In this document: in pieces, positions 1 to 8,823 of the stretch
Layout: each line of letters begins with the position of its first letter
Numbering within the stretch: the first letter of the stretch is position 1
Source of the DNA: an uncultured Acidimicrobiia bacterium
Lineage (GTDB): Bacteria; Actinomycetota; Acidimicrobiia; Acidimicrobiales; Ilumatobacteraceae
Direction of reading: 5' to 3'
Assembly (NCBI GenBank): GCA_963774125.1
Contig: CAVZDR010000002.1
Span: forward strand, 420,605 to 484,604
DNA: 64,000 nt
Made by a program: the position numbers and the translations under genes
The notes under the pieces: model-generated
What the model was told of the DNA's origin: nothing
The model's input: the letters and a program-made list of their open reading frames with translations, nothing else
Database searches by the model: none

Positions 1-792
1 GACCACTTCTACGGCGCCACAGGCGACCCCGACGACGCGGCCTGCCTGGAAGCTGTTGCCATGCATGCTGCGCTCGCCTGCGAGACGGATCGGGTGCAGT
101 GCGGTGCCCTGGTGTACTCGATCGGCTACCGCCATCCAGCCGTCCTCGCCAAGGCGATCACCGCCATCGACCTCATCTCGGGCGGCCGCGCCGCCATGGG
201 GATCGGTGCGGGATGGGCGGAGGTCGAATACCACGCGTACGGCATCGACTTCCCCACCGTCGGCACCCGGATGGACCAGCTCGAGGAGGGGGTCACCGTT
301 CTCCGCGGACTGCTCCACGACGAGGTGACGACGTTCGAGGGGAAGTGGTTCTCCGTGCGCGACGCCCGCAACGAGCCACGGCCGATCCAGGACCGCCTGC
401 CGATCTGGATCGGTGGCGGTGGCGAGCGCCGCACCCTACGCATCGCCGCCCGCGCCGCCGACGGGTGGAACGTGCCGTTCGTCTCGCCGAACACGTTCGC
501 CGCCAAGAAGGAGATCCTGCACCGCCACTGCGAGGACGTCGGTCGCGACCCGGCCGAGATCAGGTGCGCCGTCAACGTCGGCTTGGCGTGGACCGAGGAC
601 AGCCTGCGCCATCAATTCGGCAACATCGCCGAGCGCGTTCGGCCTGGGGTGCTCACCGGTTCGATCGATCAGGTCGCCGACCGCGTCGGCGAGTACGTCG
701 CCGCCGGAGCCGATCAGGTCAATCTCGCCCTTCGCGCCCCGTTCGACGTCGACGCCCTCGAACGGTTCAGCGAGGCGATGCAGCTCGCCTGA
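1..792 (+). CDS. LLM-class (luciferase-like) F420-dependent oxidoreductase, 5' end outside window
   Basis: Frame open from nt 1 to TGA 790-792. The peptide YRHPAVLAKAITAIDLISGGRAAMGIGAGW...PIWIGGGGERRTLRIAARAADGWN is a typical luciferase-like oxidoreductase core. The stop shares ATGA with the next start. Confidence 0.8.
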   Translation, partial: DHFYGATGDPDDAACLEAVAMHAALACETDRVQCGALVYSIGYRHPAVLAKAITAIDLISGGRAAMGIGAGWAEVEYHAYGIDFPTVGTRMDQLEEGVTVLRGLLHDEVTTFEGKWFSVRDARNEPRPIQDRLPIWIGGGGERRTLRIAARAADGWNVPFVSPNTFAAKKEILHRHCEDVGRDPAEIRCAVNVGLAWTEDSLRHQFGNIAERVRPGVLTGSIDQVADRVGEYVAAGADQVNLALRAPFDVDALERFSEAMQLA

Positions 793-1361
793 TGGCAGCC
801 GCCGCGGGAGATGTCTCGCTCGCCGAGCGGCTACGGACCTACGAGCCGACGGCCGCCGAGCACGGTGACGTTCGACGCGTACGGCAGCTGGTCGCCGCTG
901 GGTCGCCCTGGGACCGGGAGCGAGCGCTGCATGTCACGGCGTCGGCGCTGATCGTCCACCCGTCATCTCGCCGAGTGCTGCTGCGCTGGCACGAGCGACA
1001 GCAGGCCTGGCTGCAGATCGGTGGCCACGGTGATCCCGGCGAGGACGACCCGCTGGCCGTGGCCCTTCGTGAAGGCGCGGAGGAGACCGGCCTGCCGGAC
1101 CTCAGCCCGTGGCCGGACGCTGAGCTACGACACGTCGCGGTCGTGCCGGTTCCTGCGAACCGGCGTGAGCCGGCGCACGAGCACGCCGACCTGCGTTTCG
1201 TGCTGGCGACCGACGTTCCGGAGGCGGCGCGTCCTGAGCGGCCCACGGCGATGCTGCGATGGCTGTCGATCGAGGACGCGCTCCAACTGACGTCCGAGGA
1301 GAACGTCCGCGAGACGATTCGGCGCGTCAAGCGAGCGTTTCGTCGAGCCAGTCGAGGATGA
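792..1361 (+). CDS. NUDIX hydrolase
   Basis: Nudix box GGHGDPGEDDPLAVALREGAEETGL. ATG at 792 overlaps the upstream stop. The part of the 99..1361 ORF before nt 792 is an Arg/Pro-rich shadow of the upstream gene. Confidence 0.8.
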   Translation: MAAAAGDVSLAERLRTYEPTAAEHGDVRRVRQLVAAGSPWDRERALHVTASALIVHPSSRRVLLRWHERQQAWLQIGGHGDPGEDDPLAVALREGAEETGLPDLSPWPDAELRHVAVVPVPANRREPAHEHADLRFVLATDVPEAARPERPTAMLRWLSIEDALQLTSEENVRETIRRVKRAFRRASRG

Positions 1362-2652
1362 GCGTCTCGGCGAGCGCCCGGTTCAGCGTCTCCTGGTGCC
1401 CACCCGCGCCTTCGGCCGCGCTGAACGGCAGCAGCGTGGTCGGCACGTTCAGACGGTCGAGCGTCGACTGGGCGCCGACGGCCAGCGGATCGCGATCGGC
1501 GAACGTGCCGAGGACCGGGCACTGGATGCCGTCACTGACGCCCTCCAACGTGAACGGCGCGATCTTCTGCAACCAGTCGCGCAGGTCGGTCGCGCCGTTG
1601 ACCCACAACCCGCGCTGCACGAAGATCCAGTAGAACCGTTGGTTCGAGTTGACGCCGGCCTCCATCTTGGCGAGGTCCTCGTCGGAGATCTCCGGCAGTT
1701 CCGCGATCGCCTCCGGAGAGAGCCCGAACGCCGCGAACGCGGGCGCGAGCTGTTCGTAGAGCGACCAGGCAGGCGGGTCGGAGACGACGGCGGCGATCCG
1801 CGGCTCGCCCGCCGCGCCACGCAGAGACAGCTGGCCGCCGAGGCTCCAGCCCTGCAGGACAATGCGCGCCGGGTCCACATCGGGTCGGCCGACGAGCGCG
1901 TCGACGACGGGTCCGATCACCCGCTCCCACTCGGCGATCATCGGCACGCCGTCTTGGACCAGGAGCGCGCCCTGGCCTGGGCCGTCGACGAGCACGACGT
2001 GGTAGCCGCGAGGCAGCGCCTGGAGGCCCATGGCGAGGTACATGTCGGACACGCTGGCGTCGTAACCGTTGACCATGACGATGGTCGGGCGCGGTTCGCC
2101 GGGCGCGGCGTCCTTGGCGCGCAGGAAGTAGACCACCAGCCGATTGCCGTCGAGCGTCACGTCCAGCGGCTCCGCCGGCGGTTCGATGAGCGCCATCGGC
2201 GCGGTCGAACGAGGTCGTCTGCGTCTCGAACGCGGTGGCCAGCCGAGGGTCGACCGGTGCGCCGAACAGCAACTTGTAGCTGACGCTGGCGTACACGGCC
2301 GCCCGCAGGTGGTGGTAGAGCGCCGTGTGCGTCTTGCCCTGCGCCTCGGCTTCCTCGGCCTTGGCTCGATGGCGGGTGGCGTGCTCGTACCACGCGTCGT
2401 AGTAGGCGGCGTCGTCCTCGGATGCGACGTCGTTGGCGATGGCCTCGATCTCGCCGACGTCGGCACCCTCTGCCACGTACTCGAAGGCCCACGCCGCGAA
2501 CTGGTTCTGCAGCGGAGTCGCGAAGAGCGTGATGGCCTTCACGTCCTCTTCCGAACCGCCGCCGCCATGACCGCTACGCCCGCGCCGGCGATCAGTTGCC
2601 GCCGCCCGACCGCCCGCGGCGCGGATGCTTCGAAGTCGCCAGCCTCGTCCAT
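1327..2652 (-). pseudogene. alpha/beta hydrolase with probable Tat signal peptide; two frame breaks as sequenced
   Basis: C-terminal two thirds lie in the frame of ORF 1327..2466 (GYHVVLVDGPGQG, QGWSLGG nucleophile elbow). The helical N-domain lies in the frame of ORF 1532..2773 (VKAITLFATPLQNQFAAWAFEYV...), with a break near 2198. Upstream, ATG 2652 with SD GAGGGAG gives MDEAGDFEASAPRAVGRRQLIAGAGVAVMAAA, a twin-arginine signal. It joins the gene only after a shift inside a (GCC)n run near 2560. Confidence 0.6.
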
Positions 2653-2739
2653 TGCTCCCTCGCAACTCGCCGGTCCCCGCCGTCGCCGGCGGGAGGCCAC
2701 CCCGCTGGTCACAGTAGTGCGGTCCCTGCGTCACTCGGG

Positions 2740-3507
2740 TCAGCCGGCGGCCTCCAGCACGACGTAGCGCCATTCCATCCAGCCCTGCCGTTGACGATCG
2801 GGCTCCGGGAGTGAACGCAGCGCGCCGATCGCCGGCACGACCTCGTTGGTCCAGACCTCATCCGACAGGTCCCAACACCACGACCAGGCCCGTGACTCGA
2901 GCAGCTCGGCGGCGTTGGCGGGTGACTGCGCGAACTTGCGTCGAGGCATGTGACCGTCATGGACCAGCACCAGTCCGTCGTCGCGACCGAGGTCGATGAC
3001 CGCCTCGGCAGCCGGACTCGGAATCAGACGGTGCCGAGACGCCACGTCTTGCTGGATCGTCCAGATGTCGTCGTCAGAGTGGTGGTTGCCGTCAATGCCT
3101 GACACCACCAGACGCCCACCGGGCTGCAACAGGTCCGCCGCAGCACGCACGGCGCCGGCGAGGTCGCCGACGAGATGGAGCACGTGCACCGCCACCACCG
3201 CGGCCGCAGCACCCGAGCGGAACGGTGGCGCGAGGACGTCGCCTTGGAGGACCCGTCCGGGCAGGCGCTCGGCAGCCCGGTCGAGCATCGGCCGAGCCAG
3301 GTCCACGCCGACGATCGCGTGGCCTGCGGCGGCAAGGGCGGCGCCGATGAGACCGGTGCCGATACCCAGCTCGACGACCGTGCCTGGCGGCAACCACGGC
3401 GCGAACGCTTCGGCCGTGTGCCGCCCACGAGCATCGCCGCCTCGCGTGGCGTCGTAGCGGTCGGCGATCCGATCGAAGGCGATGGAGGATGACCGCGGCG
3501 GCGTCAC
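2740..3507 (-). CDS. class I SAM-dependent methyltransferase
   Basis: Intact 255-aa ORF with the motif I region VVELGIGTGLIG and FDRIADRYD, typical of Methyltransf_11/25-type enzymes. Confidence 0.8.
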   Translation of the reverse strand: MTPPRSSSIAFDRIADRYDATRGGDARGRHTAEAFAPWLPPGTVVELGIGTGLIGAALAAAGHAIVGVDLARPMLDRAAERLPGRVLQGDVLAPPFRSGAAAAVVAVHVLHLVGDLAGAVRAAADLLQPGGRLVVSGIDGNHHSDDDIWTIQQDVASRHRLIPSPAAEAVIDLGRDDGLVLVHDGHMPRRKFAQSPANAAELLESRAWSWCWDLSDEVWTNEVVPAIGALRSLPEPDRQRQGWMEWRYVVLEAAG

Positions 3508-3524
3508 GAGCGAGGCGGGCGCGA

Positions 3525-4148
3525 TCAGCCGTCGAGCAGCTTGCGCTTGTGCTGCTCGAACTCCTCGGGCGTCAGCGAACCACGGTCGCGGAGACCTTCC
3601 AGCTTCTCCAGCTGCGTCGCCACGTCAGCGGCCGTCGCGGACGTCGCGCCGTCTTGATTGACGCCGTACATGTTGTCCTCACGGGCCTGCATCTGGGAAT
3701 GGATGAGGTTCTGGACGCGATCGGGGTTGCGGATGTCCGTGAACCGCTGCTGCCCCTCCTTCGCCCCGGATTCGATCAACAGGTCGCCGGCGCCGACCAT
3801 CCGCTCGAAGATGCCCTGGTCGAAGTGCACGCTGTTGACCCGCTCGAGCGGGATCTCGATGCCGCTCTTCGCCAACACGCCGTGGCGGAAGATGACGCGA
3901 TCGCTGGTGATCACGAAGTGCGTCGTGATCCATTTCAGATACGTGTGCAACACCCAGAGCGCGCTGAGGACGATGAGGATGAGGACGACCCACTTGAGCC
4001 ACGACGCGGCATCCATTGCTACGACGACGACCCCGAGGACGATGGACACGATCAGCGAGAACACCGACTCGGCGAAGTACCACCAGTGGGGATGGAGGTC
4101 GAGGGCGAGCGTCTCGTAGTCATTGAGCAGCTTCCGCGGGTACGGCAT
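3525..4148 (-). CDS. membrane PH-domain (bPH_2/YdbT-like) protein with C-terminal SHOCT motif
   Basis: Two N-terminal hydrophobic helices, then FVITSDRVIFRHGVLAKSGIEIPLERVNSV. The C-terminus LEKLEGLRDRGSLTPEEFEQHKRKLL matches the SHOCT short oligomerisation motif. Confidence 0.75.
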   Translation of the reverse strand: MPYPRKLLNDYETLALDLHPHWWYFAESVFSLIVSIVLGVVVVAMDAASWLKWVVLILIVLSALWVLHTYLKWITTHFVITSDRVIFRHGVLAKSGIEIPLERVNSVHFDQGIFERMVGAGDLLIESGAKEGQQRFTDIRNPDRVQNLIHSQMQAREDNMYGVNQDGATSATAADVATQLEKLEGLRDRGSLTPEEFEQHKRKLLDG

Positions 4149-4188
4149 GCGCCATGAGCGTATACAGCCGGGGTCCTAGGGTGGCGGT

Positions 4189-6105
4189 GTGCGAGCGGCC
4201 TCGGACGCCAGCGGACAGGACCCGGTCGCCGACGCACTGGCCGGTCTCGATCCGGCGCAGATCGAGGCCGTCACGACCCCGTCGACGCTTGTCGCCGTGA
4301 TTGCCGGTGCTGGCTCGGGCAAGACGCGCGTGCTGACGAGCCGCATCGCATTCCGCATTGCGGCGGGTACCGCCGACGCCGCCCACACACTCGCCCTCAC
4401 GTTCACCCGGGAGGCGGCCGGCGAGCTGCGGCGGCGCCTCCGCCGAAGCGGCGTGCATGATCACGTCGAGGCGGGGACGTTCCATGCCGTGGCGCTCGCC
4501 CTCGTGCGTCAACACCGACGCGACCTCGACCGTCCGCCGCTCACGGTCGCCGACGATCGCGACCGGTTGCTGGCCGTGGTCGCCGACGGCATCCCGGTCA
4601 GCACGTTGGCGACAGAAGCGGACTGGTCGGCCGCCCGGGGCATCGAACCCGGGTCGTACGCGAAGGCCGCTCGTGCGGCCTCACGTCGCGGCGCCACGCC
4701 TCCCGAACGCATCGCCGGGGCGCTCGCCGCCTTCGAGACGTTGAAGCGGCGCCGAGGCGTCGTCGATCTCAACGACCTGCTGACGATGGCGGTGCGCGAT
4801 CTGGAGGCCGACACACCGTGGGGTGATGCGATCCGCTGGCGCTACCGCCACCTGCTCGTCGATGAAGCGCAGGACCTCAACCCGATCCAGTACCGGTTCC
4901 TCGAGCTCGTCGGCGGCAGCCGCAACGATCTCTACCTCGTCGGTGATCCAGCGCAGGCCATCTACGGCTTCAACGGGTCGGATCCCGCCTTCCTGGCCGG
5001 CCTCGCCGATCGCCTTCGAGGTGTGGAGGTGGTTCGGCTTCCGACCAACCATCGGTGCACGCCGCAGATCGTCGCCGCCGGTGCCCACGTGCTTGGAGCG
5101 ACGGACAACGCGAGCAGTTCCGTTTCATCACGAGCGGAGGGACCGGCTGTTCGGGTCGTCGCTGCCGACGACGAGGATCACGAGGCGTCGCTGGTCGTCG
5201 CGTTCATCCGCTCGCTGGAACCCGGTGTTGTTCGCGCCGGCTCCTTGGCGGTCCTCGCCCGCACCAATCACCAGCTGGCGCGGTTCAACGACGCGCTTGC
5301 GGCGGCGAACGTTCCGCTGCGTCGTCGCCGCCTCACGGAAGGGACGCCGCTCGGGCGTGCCGTACGCAAGGCAACGGCCCTGCCGTCGGCGTCCCGCCTG
5401 CGCGAGTGGGCCCACGACACGCTCGACCCGGGTGGCGACGACGCTGGCGACGACGCGGCAGCCGATGAGCGGCTCGTCGCAGTGGCCGTGCTGGAGTTCC
5501 TACGGGAGCAGCCGAGCGGTGACGGCGCAGCGCTGCGCTGGTGGATCGCCTCGACGAACCCGTTCGACGACGCGCGGGAGGACGGCGGCGTCGATCTCCT
5601 GACGTTCCACGGCGCCAAGGGCCGGGAGTGGCCGACGGTCATCGTCACCGGGGTGGAAACGGGCCTCGTCCCGCACCGCTCGGCGACGACGAACTCGGGG
5701 CGCGTCGAAGAGGCGCGCCTGCTGCACGTCGCGATGACGCGAGCTTCCGACCGGCTGGTGATCACCTGGTCGCGCCGCCGCGGTGGTTACGGCCGCCGTC
5801 CCAGCCCGCTGATCAGCGGGCTCGACATTGATCCGCCTCCGGCCGCGCCCATGCCCCCCGAGCTACGACCTTCGCCGCGCAACGAGGATCGCCAGCTCGC
5901 TGACCTACGGGCTTGGCGGGACCGTGCGGCACGAGCGGCCGGTGTGCTGCCCAGCGAGCTGTGCTCCGACAGCGACCTCGTCGCCGTCGCGGCAGCATCC
6001 CCGACGTCGGCCGAGGGGCTCGCCGCTGTCACGGGTCTCGGGATGCTCACGGCGACCCGCCTGTTCCCCGGCGTGCGCGCCGCCCTCGACGACGCCGAGA
6101 GCTGA
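4189..6105 (+). CDS. UvrD/Rep-family ATP-dependent DNA helicase with C-terminal HRDC domain
   Basis: GTG start. Walker A VIAGAGSGKT, LLVDEAQD, VGDPAQAIYGFNG, TFHGAKGREW. The C-terminal ~70 aa (LRAWRDRAARAAGVLPSELCSDSDL...) are HRDC-like. Confidence 0.85.
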   Translation: MRAASDASGQDPVADALAGLDPAQIEAVTTPSTLVAVIAGAGSGKTRVLTSRIAFRIAAGTADAAHTLALTFTREAAGELRRRLRRSGVHDHVEAGTFHAVALALVRQHRRDLDRPPLTVADDRDRLLAVVADGIPVSTLATEADWSAARGIEPGSYAKAARAASRRGATPPERIAGALAAFETLKRRRGVVDLNDLLTMAVRDLEADTPWGDAIRWRYRHLLVDEAQDLNPIQYRFLELVGGSRNDLYLVGDPAQAIYGFNGSDPAFLAGLADRLRGVEVVRLPTNHRCTPQIVAAGAHVLGATDNASSSVSSRAEGPAVRVVAADDEDHEASLVVAFIRSLEPGVVRAGSLAVLARTNHQLARFNDALAAANVPLRRRRLTEGTPLGRAVRKATALPSASRLREWAHDTLDPGGDDAGDDAAADERLVAVAVLEFLREQPSGDGAALRWWIASTNPFDDAREDGGVDLLTFHGAKGREWPTVIVTGVETGLVPHRSATTNSGRVEEARLLHVAMTRASDRLVITWSRRRGGYGRRPSPLISGLDIDPPPAAPMPPELRPSPRNEDRQLADLRAWRDRAARAAGVLPSELCSDSDLVAVAAASPTSAEGLAAVTGLGMLTATRLFPGVRAALDDAES

Positions 6106-6115
6106 CGCTCTCAAC

Positions 6116-6162
6116 GGGTTCGTCTCGCAGGCAAGCTGCTCGACTCACCTCCCGAGCTCGCC
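6116..6162 (+). repeat. dispersed intergenic repeat, family A, copy 1
   Basis: GGGTTCGTCTCGCAGGCAAGCTGCTCGACTCACCTCCCGAGCTCGCC lies 11 nt after the helicase stop. It aligns with copies at 12809-12855 and 35964-36009 in the same orientation. Confidence 0.7.
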
Positions 6163-6185
6163 CACCTGCCCCATCCGGCAACTCC

Positions 6186-7116
6186 TCAGGACTCGCCGGC
6201 AGCCCGGGCGATGACCAGCCGCACCGCATCGATCACGAGGTCTGGCTCCGTGACCTGGATGTAGTGGATGCTGCCGGTGGCGATCTCGTGCGGCGTGTTC
6301 GGCACCAGATCGACGAGCGTCTGCTGTGCTTCGGGCCAAATGGCATCGACGTCGGCGTTGGTCATGCCCGAGCCGGCGGGGAAGTCGGGGAACGGTTCGG
6401 TCTTGCTCATCACGACGAGCGGAAATTCGGCATCGAGTGGCGGCGCGCTCACGACCTCGTCGATGCTGGCGTCGATGTCGAACTTCTCGTACTCCGGCTG
6501 AGCGTTCAGCGATTCGCCGGGCGGGTTGTTCAGCACCTCGACGTAGGCCTGCCACTTCTCGCCCAACAGCTCACGGACGGCGGGCGCGAACGCGTCGACG
6601 AGGACCAGCCCGACGACGTCGTCCGGGTGGGACCGGGCGTACAACTGGGCGATCATGCCGCCCCACGAGTGGGCGACGAGCACGTAAGGCCCGGGAACTT
6701 CGGCGACGGTCAGCAGCGTGTTCAAGTCGGCGACGGAGTCAGCGACCGTGCGCGGCATCTCTACGGGAGTCGACCGGTCGGTGATCGCCGGCGGGTCGCC
6801 GGGAACGACCGTGCCCGGTCGGTCGTAGCGACAGACCGCGGTTCGTCTCCGCCAGACCCTGCATGACCGGCGGATCGACGGCGGGAGGCAGCAGCTGTGA
6901 CACCGTCCAGTACTCGCTCGAGTCGTGGATGCCGGACTCGAGGATGACGGTCGGCTCGCCGTCCCCCATGCACTCGAGGAACATCGTCCGCCCGTCGCCG
7001 ATGTCGACGGACGGTGATGAATTCCCGTCGTCCCCCCCGCAGGCGGCAAGGACGGCGAATGCCGTGACGATCGGAATGCACCGTACGGCCGAGGTGTTGC
7101 GCGACCTGTGAGTCAC
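6186..7116 (-). pseudogene. alpha/beta hydrolase lipoprotein; one frame break as sequenced
   Basis: N-terminus in the frame of ORF 6739..7725: VTHRSRNTSAVRCIPIVTAFAVLAACGG (lipobox LAAC), then TMFLECMGDGEPTVILESG. The rest is in the frame of ORF 6186..7049 (LVAHSWGG nucleophile elbow). The break is near 6838. The GTG 7116 start is tentative. Confidence 0.65.
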
Positions 7117-7999
7117 ACGACAAGCGAGTCCTTCACGTTCACCAGCGGCGGTGACCGACTGGTCGGCACCCTGTACCTCCCGGCAGGCCAGCCCGTGGCG
7201 GCTGTGGTGACCACTGGCCCGCTGACGTCGGTGAAGGAGCAAGCGACCGGAGCGTACGCGCGGGCACTCGCCGAGCGAGGCTTCGCCGCCCTGGCCTTCG
7301 ACCATCGAACGTTCGGCGAGAGCGAGGGTGAACCGCGCCAACTCGAAGACCCCGTCGGTAAGGCCGTCGACGTGCGGGCCGCCGTGACCGCGTTGGCCGC
7401 CGACGAGCGGACCGGCGATCTTCCGGTCGTCGCCGTCGGCGTCTGCGCCGGAGCCGGGTACATGGCGAGGGCCGTCGCCGATGACCAACGTCTCCGAGCG
7501 TTCGCCGGCGTTGCCGGGTACTACTCGGACGCCACCGAGTTCGCCAACTCGTCGCCGGAGCACTACCAGGCGGCGATCGACCGTGGACTCGCCGCGGAGC
7601 AGCGCTGGCGAGACACGGGCGAGGCGGAGACCATCCCGGCGGTCGCCGCCGACGGTGGCGACGTGGCGATGCCGCTGCAAGAGGCGTACGAGTTCTACGG
7701 CACTCGAGCGCGGAGCGGTCGACAACTACACCAACGGCTTCGCCGTCCAGTCACTCGCTCACACGACGCCTTTCGACGCCCAGGAGTCGGCAAGCCGGAT
7801 CACGGTGCCGTTCCTGCTCGTGCATTCCGAGCACACGCTCGCTCCCCCGCTCGCGCGCAGGTTCTACGGCGTGGTCAGTGCACCGAAGACCGAGCGGTGG
7901 CTGGAATCGCAGGGGCAGATCGACTTCTACGACGACCCACGCCTCATCGACCCGGCCGCCGACACGATCGTCGAGCACTTCACCGCCGCGCTGAACTGA
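7108..7999 (+). pseudogene. alpha/beta hydrolase (dienelactone-hydrolase-like); one frame break as sequenced
   Basis: ORF 7108..8025 gives MSHTTSESFTFTSGGDRLVGTLYLPAG...GVCAGAGY up to AYEFYGT. The sense continues in ORF 7481..7999 (ERGAVDNYTNGFAVQSL...VPFLLVHSEHT...). The break is near 7705. Confidence 0.65.
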
Positions 8000-8037
8000 C
8001 GGTTACCCAGATCTCCCACGGATAGGCAGGCTGAGAC

Positions 8038-8823
8038 TCAGGACGCGTCGGCCAGATCGAGCACGATCGGCGCATGGTCGCTCGGGCTCTTGCCCTTGCG
8101 GGCGTTGCGGTCGATGATGATCCACTCGGCGCGCGCTGCGACTGACGCCGAAGCCAGCACGTGATCGATGCGCATCCCACGGCCCTCGTGGAAGTCGCCC
8201 GCTCGGTAGTCCCACCACGAGAACACCTTTGGCGCATCGGGGTGCTGCTCCCGGAACACGTCCGTGAGCCCCCAGTCGAGCAGGGAGGCGAAGCGGGCCC
8301 GCTCCGGCTCGCTGGTGTGCGTCGTGCCGATGTACTTGGACGGGTCATACACGTCGGCGTCGGCCGGCGCGATGTTGAGATCACCGGCGACGATGACGTC
8401 AGTGCCGGGCGCGGCCACGGCGTCGAGGTGGGCGACGAGGCGGTCGAGCCAACGCAGCTTGTACTGATAGTGATCGGCGTCGAGCGATCGCCCGTTGGGC
8501 ACGTACACGGTGACGACGCGGATCCGCCACAGGTCGCCGTCATCAGACGCGCCTCGTCATCGGGAGGCTCGCCGTCGGCAAACCCGAACGAGACGTCGGT
8601 GAGGCCCTTGCCGCGACAGGATCGCCACACCGTTCCACCGTCCCTCGCCGTGGTGGGCGGCGTCGTAGCCCATCGCCTCGAACGTCAACTGGGGGAACGC
8701 GGAGTCGGCGATCTTCGTCTCCTGCAGGCAGACGATGTCTGGAGCGATGTCCGCCAGCCACTGGTCGACCCGCTCCTGGCGCACCTTCAGCGAGTTGACG
8801 TTCCACGTCGCGAAGCGCGTCAC
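8038..8823 (-). pseudogene. xthA: exodeoxyribonuclease III; two compensating frame breaks as sequenced
   Basis: N-terminus [16 protein letters not shown]...CLQETK...GVAILSR is the tail of ORF 8557..10149. The middle GLTDVSFGFADGEPPDDEARLMTA is in the frame of ORF 7980..8630. The C-terminus VVTVYVPNG...DLNIAP...DHAPIVLDL is ORF 8038..8508, which is the same frame as the N-terminus. The breaks are near 8608 and 8530. Confidence 0.8.
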
